Positions 57,403-64,000 of a DNA stretch of 64,000 nucleotides are shown here, one piece after another. Position numbers and translations under genes: made by a program. The notes under the pieces were generated by a model. That model did not search any database and was not told where the DNA came from. It saw only the letters and a program-made list of their open reading frames with translations. The stretch's first letter is position 1; each line of letters begins with the position of its first letter. The DNA is from an uncultured Solirubrobacteraceae bacterium (GTDB taxonomy: Bacteria > Actinomycetota > Thermoleophilia > Solirubrobacterales > Solirubrobacteraceae): positions 374,965 through 438,964 of the forward strand of contig CAWERW010000008.1 of assembly GCA_963811595.1 (NCBI GenBank), in the 5' to 3' direction.

Positions 57403-58971
57403 ATGCCTCGCTCCCGCCTCCTGGCCCTCCCCTGCCTGCTCCTCCTCGCCGTCCTGATCGCCGCGTGCGGCGGCTCGGGCGCCGGCGCCGCCGACGCCGA
57501 TCCCGCCACGGCGGTCCCGGCCGGCACGTCGATCTACCTCGAGGGCGTCGTGCGGCCCGAGGGCGACCAGCGCGACGACGTCCTCGACGCCGCCGGCAAG
57601 GTCCTGCGCACCGACGACCCGGAGCGCAAGGTGCGTGAGCTGCTCGACAAGGCGCTGAAGGAGTCCGACGGTCCCGCCGTCTCCTACGAGAAGGACATCG
57701 CGCCGTGGCTGGGCGAGAAGGCGGGCGTCTGGGTCGCGGGCGTCGACAAGCCGGATCCCGGCTACGTCGTGCTCGTCGCCGCCAAGGACACCGAGAAGGC
57801 GCAGGAGGCGATCGACAAGGGCGTCAAGGCCGACGGCGGCAAGGTCACGCAGCGCTCCTACGAGGACGTCGACTACCAGGTCGACGACGAGGGCGTGGCG
57901 GCCGGCATCGTCGGCGACTTCTTCACGGTCGGCACCGAGGCGGAGTTCAAGCGCACCGTCAAGGCCGCGGACGGCGACACGCTCGCCGACGCCGCGAAGT
58001 ACAAGGAGACCGTCGATGAGCTCGAGGAGGAGCGGCTCGGCCACTTCTACGTCGACCTCAAGCCGTTCATCGAGCAGGCGCTGAAGTCCGACCCCGAGGC
58101 GGCCGGCCAGCTCGAGCAGATCCGCGCGATCTTCCCCATCGACAAGCTCGAGCCGCTCGCCGGCGCCATGCTCGCCAACGGCGACCGGCTCGCGTTCGAC
58201 ACGATCATGCGCGGGCCCGGCGTGAAGTCGCTGCAGGCGTTCGGCCCGCTGTTCGGCACCGGCGAGACGCCGCTCGTGTCCGAGCTGCCCGGCGACGCGT
58301 GGTTCGCCTACGGCGCCCCGAACCTCGGCCCGACGCTGAAGTCCCTGTTCACGCGCGTGGCCGGCGCGCTGGGCGGCGCCGCGGCCGCACAGCAGCTCCA
58401 GCAGCAGTACGGCCTCAACCTCGAGCGCGACGTGTTCGGCTGGATCGGCGACGTCGCGATCTACGCGCGCGGGAACGACAAGGCGAGCCTCGAGGGCGGC
58501 ATCGTCATCAAGGCCACCAACCCCGACAACATGAAGGGCGCGTTCGGCAAGCTCGTCGGGCTGCTGCAGAGCGAGGGCGGCCAGCGCATCAGCCCGGTCA
58601 AGGTCGACGGGGCGACCGCCGCGTTCAAGACCGGCTCCACCGACCTCGGCAAGCCCGCGATCATCGCGCGCTCCGACGACCGCGTGGTGATCGCCGTCGG
58701 GGAGGCCGCCGCGGCGGACGGGCTCGCGCCGGCGGAGAAGCTCGGCGACTCCGAGCTCTACGCGTCCGCCAAGGGCGTGCTCGGCGACGACTTCGAGCCG
58801 ACGTTCCTGATGTCGATGCCCGACCTCGTCGCGGCCGTCGACGCCACCGGCGGCGCCGACGCGGAGTTCCAGCAGGCCAAGCCCTACCTCGAGGCGTTCA
58901 GCGTGATCGCCAGCGGCGGCAAGCTCGAGGACGACGAGCTGGAGTCGCGCCTCGCGGCCGGGTTGAAGTAG
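57403..58971 (+). CDS. lipoprotein, DUF3352-like (paralogue of 8111..9625)
   Basis: MPRSRLLALPCLLLLAVLIAAC|GGSG lipobox. ..AVPAGTSIYLEG.. and ..KDIAPWLGEKAGVWV.. are shared with the other copy. Start trimmed to ATG 57403. Confidence 0.7.
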   Translation: MPRSRLLALPCLLLLAVLIAACGGSGAGAADADPATAVPAGTSIYLEGVVRPEGDQRDDVLDAAGKVLRTDDPERKVRELLDKALKESDGPAVSYEKDIAPWLGEKAGVWVAGVDKPDPGYVVLVAAKDTEKAQEAIDKGVKADGGKVTQRSYEDVDYQVDDEGVAAGIVGDFFTVGTEAEFKRTVKAADGDTLADAAKYKETVDELEEERLGHFYVDLKPFIEQALKSDPEAAGQLEQIRAIFPIDKLEPLAGAMLANGDRLAFDTIMRGPGVKSLQAFGPLFGTGETPLVSELPGDAWFAYGAPNLGPTLKSLFTRVAGALGGAAAAQQLQQQYGLNLERDVFGWIGDVAIYARGNDKASLEGGIVIKATNPDNMKGAFGKLVGLLQSEGGQRISPVKVDGATAAFKTGSTDLGKPAIIARSDDRVVIAVGEAAAADGLAPAEKLGDSELYASAKGVLGDDFEPTFLMSMPDLVAAVDATGGADAEFQQAKPYLEAFSVIASGGKLEDDELESRLAAGLK

Positions 58972-58994
58972 GCGCGCGCTTGCGGCTGCCGGTG

Positions 58995-60062
58995 ATGCCG
59001 CCGGTGGCGCCGATGCTGGCCAAGGTCGCGGCCGGCATCCCGCCGGGGCAGCTCTACGAGCCCAAGTGGGACGGCTTCCGCTCGATCGTCTTCCGCGACG
59101 GCGACGAGGTCGAGATCGGCAGCCGCAACACGCGACCGATGGCGCGCTACTTCCCCGAGGTCGTGGCGGCCGCGAAGGCGAGCCTGCCGGAGCGCTGCGT
59201 GGTCGACGGCGAGATCGTGATCGCCTCGCCCGAGGGGCGGCTGGACTTCTGGGCGCTGCAGCAGCGTCTGCACCCGGCGGCGAGCCGCGTCGACCTGCTC
59301 GCGGCGCAGACACCGGCCAGCCTCGTCGCCTTCGACCTGCTCGCGCTCGGGGACGAGGACCTCACCGGCCGGCCGTTCGCCGAGCGCCGCGCGGCGCTCG
59401 AAGGTGCGCTGGCCGGCGCGCAGCCGCCCGTGCACCTCACGCCGCTGACCGACGACCCGGGCCTGGCGGGCGAGTGGTTCGAGCGCTTCGAGGGCGCCGG
59501 CCTCGACGGGATCATCGCCAAGGCGCCCGAGCTGACCTACCAGCCGGACAAGCGCGTGATGACGAAGGTCAAGCACGTGCGCACCGCCGACTGCGTGCTG
59601 GCCGGCTACCGGGTGCACAAGTCAGGGCCGGACGCGATCGGCTCGCTCCTGCTCGGGCTCTACGACGACGGCAGCTACCCGGTGTCGCAGTGGAGCGGCG
59701 CGTCCGGCGGGCTGCATTCGGTCGGCGTCGTCGGGGCGTTCCCGATGGCGAGGCGGCGCGAGCTGTTCGCCGAGCTGCAGCCGCTCGTCTGCGACTTCGA
59801 GGACCATCCGTGGAGCTGGGCGCGCGACCACATCCCCGCGCAGGCGGCGATGGGCAGCCGCTGGAACCCCGGCCGGTCGCTGTCGTTCACCCCGCTGCGG
59901 CCCGAGCGCGTGCTCGAGGTCCGCTACGACCACATGGAGGGCTCGCGCTTCCGCCACCCGCCACAGTTCGTGCGCTGGCGCCCCGACCGCGATCCCGAGT
60001 CCTGCGGCTACGCCCAGCTCGAGCGGCCGGTGGACCTCGACGTGGCCCAGATCCTCGGTTAG
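58995..60062 (+). CDS. ATP-dependent DNA ligase (stand-alone LigC-like adenylation + OB domains)
   Basis: PMLAK.., motif I YEPKWDGFR, ..VDGEIV.., ..LVAFDLL.., ..LDGIIAK.., ..TKVK... Start trimmed to ATG 58995. No Ku gene in the window. Confidence 0.85.
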   Translation: MPPVAPMLAKVAAGIPPGQLYEPKWDGFRSIVFRDGDEVEIGSRNTRPMARYFPEVVAAAKASLPERCVVDGEIVIASPEGRLDFWALQQRLHPAASRVDLLAAQTPASLVAFDLLALGDEDLTGRPFAERRAALEGALAGAQPPVHLTPLTDDPGLAGEWFERFEGAGLDGIIAKAPELTYQPDKRVMTKVKHVRTADCVLAGYRVHKSGPDAIGSLLLGLYDDGSYPVSQWSGASGGLHSVGVVGAFPMARRRELFAELQPLVCDFEDHPWSWARDHIPAQAAMGSRWNPGRSLSFTPLRPERVLEVRYDHMEGSRFRHPPQFVRWRPDRDPESCGYAQLERPVDLDVAQILG

Positions 60063-60071
60063 GGTCGGCGC

Positions 60072-61247
60072 GTGGCCGTCGCCACGCATGAGGCAGTGCC
60101 CGCGCGGGAGTGCGCGCAGCCCGCTCCCGCTCCCGCGGCCCGCGTCCAGGGCACAGCGGCGAGCCTGCTCGCGCTGCAGCGCACCGCCGGCAACCGCGCC
60201 GTGAACGCGATGCTCGGCGTCGCGCGCCAGGCGGCGGCGGCGCCCAAGCCGCGGCGGCTCCAGCGCCAGCCCGCGCACACGCCGACGCTCAGCGCGTGCT
60301 CGATCCGCTTCCACGTCAACTCGACGCGCGTGATCAGCACGCAGGAGCGGGACGCGTGCGTGGACCAGGCACGCGCCTACGTCTCCGCCGGCGGCCAGCG
60401 CAGCATCACCGCGCACGGCTACGCGAGCGAGGAGGGCGACCCGGAGCGCAACCGCGCCCTCGCCCGCCGGCGCGCGGAGGCCATCCGCGACCTGCTCGTC
60501 CAGCGCGGCGTGCCCGCCTCCGCGGCGACTCCGCAGGGCCACGGCGCCGACACGACCTATCCCGACCGGCCCTCCAACCGCCGCGTCGAGATCGCGCTCG
60601 CCGAGCAGATCGACTTCCCTGACGAGACGATCGAGGTGCCGCGCACCAAGTGCGGCCCGGACGTCACCCAGCAGGTCTCGGACGCGATCACGCTCACGCG
60701 CACCTCGTTCGCCGGCTGGTCCTCCGACCAGAAGGACGAGGCGTGCGAGGAGCTGCGCAGCGCCGACCACGGCGGGATCGCCTGGGACATCGTCGAGCTG
60801 CACAACAACGGCTGGATCCTCAACTACCGGCCGATGTGCGCGACGCAGGGCGCGACGCCACCGTGCGGCTCGACGGTCGAGGTCGCCGACCAGTGCTACT
60901 ACGCCGGCTCGGCCAACTACGTGATCTTCGGGACCATGTGCCGGCTCTGCAAGGACCACTTCTACGCGCAGGGCCGCGCCGGCTCGATGCCCGGCTACAC
61001 CGGCTGGATGGACTTCACCGAGGAGTCGATGACCGACCTCATCGACCTCTACAAGTCGAGCAGCGCGAACGTCGGCCCGTCCAAGGCGTGGGCGATCGCC
61101 GGCCGCGACGGCTGGCCCAACGGCGGCACGCCGCCGCCCGGCGACCGCGCGGGCTGCGCGCCCGCCTGCCCCGATCCGTACACCGGCTCGGCGTTCCGGG
61201 TGAACTGGTACCCGCGGATGTGGCACACCGGCGAAGTCGACCGCTGA
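60072..61247 (+). CDS. hypothetical effector-like protein: LQRTAGNRAV leader motif + OmpA/MotB-like PG-binding domain + Cys-rich C-terminal domain of unknown function
   Basis: SLLALQRTAGNRAVNAMLG ... PRRLQRQP; ITAHGYASEEGDPERNRALARRRAEAIRDLL..NRRVEIAL; C-terminal KCGPDVT..ELHNNGW..MCATQGATPPCGSTVEVADQCYY..CRLCKDHF... No signal peptide or TM segment. Confidence 0.7.
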   Translation: MAVATHEAVPARECAQPAPAPAARVQGTAASLLALQRTAGNRAVNAMLGVARQAAAAPKPRRLQRQPAHTPTLSACSIRFHVNSTRVISTQERDACVDQARAYVSAGGQRSITAHGYASEEGDPERNRALARRRAEAIRDLLVQRGVPASAATPQGHGADTTYPDRPSNRRVEIALAEQIDFPDETIEVPRTKCGPDVTQQVSDAITLTRTSFAGWSSDQKDEACEELRSADHGGIAWDIVELHNNGWILNYRPMCATQGATPPCGSTVEVADQCYYAGSANYVIFGTMCRLCKDHFYAQGRAGSMPGYTGWMDFTEESMTDLIDLYKSSSANVGPSKAWAIAGRDGWPNGGTPPPGDRAGCAPACPDPYTGSAFRVNWYPRMWHTGEVDR

Positions 61248-61254
61248 GCCGGGC

Positions 61255-61716
61255 GTGGACACCTCCTCGTTCTTCATCTACCCGAACGTCGACGAGGAGG
61301 CCGTCGCGCCCGAGGGCTTCTTCGCGGGCCGCGACGACCGCGAGTGGGACCGCCTGCTCGCGGCGACGGAGACGCGGCGCTTCCGCCCCGGCGAGATCGT
61401 GCTGCCGGAGGGCGTCGCCGACCGCGCGCTCTACCTGCTCGCCGACGGGCGGCTCGAGCTCGTCCGCGAGGGCACGCGCGGCGTGCTCGCCACGCTCGAG
61501 GCGCCCGCGAGCCTCGGCGAGGCGGCGTTCCTCGACGGCCGCCCGCGTCCCGTCGGCGTGCGCGCCGCCACGCACGGCGAGCTCGAGCGGCTGAGCTGGC
61601 AGGCGTTCGAGGGCCTCAGCGCGCGCGACCCGCAGCTCGCGCGCGACGTGCTGATCGACGTGGGCCGCGTGCTCGCCGCCCGCGTCCGCGCCGGAGCCGG
61701 AAACCTCGGCGTCTAA
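61255..61716 (+). CDS. stand-alone cyclic-nucleotide-binding (cNMP/Crp-effector-like) domain protein, no HTH
   Basis: ..RRFRPGEIVLPEGVADRALYLLADGRLELV.. ..LGEAAFLDGRPRPVGVRA.. fits the cNMP-binding beta-barrel. Confidence 0.75.
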   Translation: MDTSSFFIYPNVDEEAVAPEGFFAGRDDREWDRLLAATETRRFRPGEIVLPEGVADRALYLLADGRLELVREGTRGVLATLEAPASLGEAAFLDGRPRPVGVRAATHGELERLSWQAFEGLSARDPQLARDVLIDVGRVLAARVRAGAGNLGV

Positions 61717-63108
61717 GTGACCGCGTTCCCCAACTACACGCAGATCCCGAAGGGGATCTCGGTGCGCGGGTGGTGGGGCGTGCGGATCGGCTCGCTCGTC
61801 GCCGCGCTCGTCGTCGCCGCGCTGCTGATCGTCTCGCCCGACGACGGGCTGTTCGTGATGTGGAAGCTCGTGATCCCGCTGCTGCCGCTGGTGTTCCTGG
61901 TGGCGCCGGGCGTGTGGCGCAACCTCTGCCCGCTGGCGGCGAGCAACCAGACGCCGCGCGTGCTCGGGCTCACGCGCGGGCTGACCGCGCCGGCGTGGTT
62001 CAAGGAGTACGGCTACGTCGTCGCGATCTCGCTGTTCGTGCTGTTCGTCGTGCTGCGCAAGGCCGGGCTCGACGACAACGGGCCGGCGAGCGCCCTGCTG
62101 CTGCTCGGCGCGCTGACCGGCGGCTTCGTCGGCGGCATGTACCTGAAGGGCAAGAGCGGCTGGTGCTCGAGCATCTGCCCGCTGCTGCCGGTGCAGCGGA
62201 TCTACGGGCAGACGCCGTTCGCGCTCGTCGGCAACTCGCACTGCCAGCCGTGCGTCGGCTGCACGACCAACTGCTACGACTTCAACCCGAAGGCCGCCTA
62301 CCTCGCCGACCTGAACCAGGACCCGTACTGGGCGGGCTACCGGAAGTTCTTCGTCGCCGCCTTCCCCGGCCTCGTGCTCGCGTTCTTCGAGGTGCCGGAG
62401 GCGCCCGACGCGATCCCGGTCTGGGAGATGGTCGGGCAGGTCGCGCTCTACATGGCGGTCAGCGTCGCGTCGTTCGTGCTGCTCGACTCGTTCGTGAAGG
62501 TCACGACGCACAAGCTGACCACGCTCTACGGCGCGCTCGCCTTCAACGTCTTCTACTGGTACGGCGCGCCCGCGTTCGTGGAGGCGGTCACCGGCTCGCC
62601 GTCCCCGGACGCGGTGACGTGGGCGCTGCGGGCGGCGGTGCTCGCGCTGACGGTGGCGTGGGTGCTGCGCGGCTACCGCAAGGAGGAGCAGTTCGTCGCC
62701 GAGGCCGCCGCCAAGGCCGGCGGCCTCTCCCCCGCCGCCGGCCGCTCCCTCGCGCGCTCGCGCGTACTGAAGGCCGGCGCGCCGGAGGTGCTGTTCGAGG
62801 ACGGCTCGCGCGTGGTCGCGAAGCCGGGCGCGACCGTGCTCGAGATCGCCGAGGCGAACGGGCAGCAGATCGAGGCCGGCTGCCGGATGGGCGTGTGCGG
62901 CGCCGACCCGATCGCGATCAAGGACGGCATGGGCAACCTGAGCGCGATCTCCGACGACGAGCGCTCGACGCTCGAGCGCCTCGGCCACGCCGACAACACG
63001 CGCATGGCCTGCTGCTGCCGGGTCGAGGGGCCGGTGGAGGTCGCGCTGACGCCCGACAAGGCGAGCGGGCCGACGCCGAGCCAGATCCTGCGCATGTCGC
63101 TTCGACCG
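61717..63108 (+). CDS. NapH/NosR-like polytopic Fe-S membrane protein fused to a C-terminal 2Fe-2S ferredoxin-like domain (no in-frame stop before the window end)
   Basis: Read by hand from GTG 61717, immediately after the TAA of the previous gene. Multiple TM segments; NLCPLAAS; WCSSICPLLP (CX3CP); CQPCVGCTTNC (CX2CX2CX3C); C-terminal ..IEAGCRMGVCGADPIAIKDG..NTRMACCCRVEGPVEV... After about 63100 this frame becomes Arg-rich nonsense. Confidence 0.7.
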
Positions 63109-64000
63109 CTCGATCGAGCGCGTCGTCGTGCTCGGCAACGGGATCGCGGGCGTGACCGCCGCCGACCACGTGCGTCGTCGTCACCCCGAGTGCCGCGTCG
63201 ACCTCGTGGCCGACGAGCCGCACCCGCTCTACAACCGCATGGGCATCAACCGCCTGATCTACGGCCGCTCGGCGATGGCGGGGCTCTACCTCAACCCCGA
63301 CGCCTGGTACGACGAGCGCCGGATCGAGACGTGGCTGAACACGCGCGCCGTCGCGATCGACCGCGGCACGAGCGAGGTCGAGCTCGGCACCGGCGAGCGG
63401 CTCGGCTACGACCGGCTGATCCTCGCGCTGGGCTCGAGCGCGATGGTGCCGCGGATCGACGGCTTCGGCGGCCGCGGCACGTTCGTGGTCCGCAGCGCCG
63501 AGGACGCGCTCTCGATCCGCGCGTTCGCGCAGCGCGAGTGGTGCCGCGAGGCGCTGATCGCGGGCGGCGGCCTGCTCGGGCTCGAGGCCGGCTACGCGCT
63601 GCACAAGCTCGGCCTGCACGCGTCGATCCTCGAGCGCTCCGACCGGTTGCTGCGGCGCCAGCTCGACGGGCGCGCGTCGCAGTACCTGCAGCGCTACCTC
63701 GAGGGCCTGGGCATGGGCATCGTCACGCGCGCGGAGACCGCCGCGGCGCTGGGCGACGAGCGGCTGAGCGAGGTGCTGCTGCGCGACGGCCGCGCGCTGC
63801 CCGCCGACCTGCTGCTCGTGTGCGCGGGCATCACGCCCAACGTGACGCTCGCGCGCGAGGCCGGGCTCGAGGTCGGCCGCGGCGTCGCAGTCGACGACAT
63901 CATGCGCACGAGCGACCCGCGGATCTTCGCGGCGGGCGACGTCGCCGAGCACCGCGGGCGCGTGCACGGGCTGTGGCCGGCGGCGGTCGAGCAGGCCGAG
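63094..64000 (+). CDS. NAD(P)/FAD-dependent pyridine nucleotide-disulfide oxidoreductase (nitrite-reductase/rubredoxin-reductase-like); the 3' end runs off the window and the 5' end is frame-broken
   Basis: The next frame from about 63110 reads SIERVVVLGNGIAGVTAADHV..YDRLILALGSSAMVP..ALIAGGGLLGLEAGYAL..FAAGDVAEH... The only sensible ATG (63094) is in the preceding frame, which is the same frame as the upstream ORF. Confidence 0.75.
   Translation, partial: MSLRPLDRARRRARQRDRGRDRRRPRASSSPRVPRRPRGRRAAPALQPHGHQPPDLRPLGDGGALPQPRRLVRRAPDRDVAEHARRRDRPRHERGRARHRRAARLRPADPRAGLERDGAADRRLRRPRHVRGPQRRGRALDPRVRAARVVPRGADRGRRPARARGRLRAAQARPARVDPRALRPVAAAPARRARVAVPAALPRGPGHGHRHARGDRRGAGRRAAERGAAARRPRAARRPAARVRGHHAQRDARARGRARGRPRRRSRRHHAHERPADLRGGRRRRAPRARARAVAGGGRAGR

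Noticed and set aside
57403-64000. A contractile injection system, T6SS or T7SS locus accompanying the effector-like protein
   Set aside because: No sheath, tube, baseplate, spike, AAA+ ATPase or EssC-like genes are present in the window. Only the cargo-like protein carries the suggestive leader motif.

Overview
Visibly very GC-rich, actinobacterium-like chromosomal window. Gene order, the lack of ftsA and many Arg-rich secreted proteins suggest a Thermoleophilia/Solirubrobacterales-type Actinomycetota; this is inference only. Most of it is core genome. It holds priA; galK with a sodium:solute symporter; and a long minus-strand run rluB-aroH-hisC-DAHP synthase-tyrA-aroA ... cmk-der-(DUF3352-like)-metK joined by ATGA/GTGA/TTGA overlaps. 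It also holds trpS-scpA-scpB, gcvT-H-PA-PB, and a full dcw cluster mraZ-rsmH-ftsL-ftsI ... murE~murF-mraY ... murD-ftsW-murG ... murC-ftsQ-ftsZ. The main oddities are: (1) the dcw cluster is interrupted at three points by accessory or decayed DNA: a pilin plus an IclR remnant; an ATL-like gene plus a GGDEF remnant; and a 6.3-kb metabolic/secreted block. (2) murE and murF form one continuous ORF. (3) There are four +1 frame breaks. Three lie in two secreted-protein genes, in front of a recurring Arg-rich C-terminal module (one directly, two inside the collagen-like array that precedes it); one lies at a ferredoxin/reductase junction. (4) The right end (57.4-64 kb) is the least conventional part. 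It carries a lipoprotein, a stand-alone ATP-dependent DNA ligase, a cargo/effector-like protein (LQRTAGNRAV leader motif + OmpA-like domain + unknown Cys-rich domain), a cNMP-binding protein, and a NapH-like Fe-S membrane protein fused to a 2Fe-2S ferredoxin and followed by an FAD reductase. I found no rRNA, tRNA, CRISPR array, transposase or integrase. Many long Arg-rich ORFs in the track are wrong-frame or antisense artefacts of high GC. Three real ORFs are missing from the track because they have no stop codon inside the window: priA, the ORF starting at 61717, and the reductase starting near 63094.
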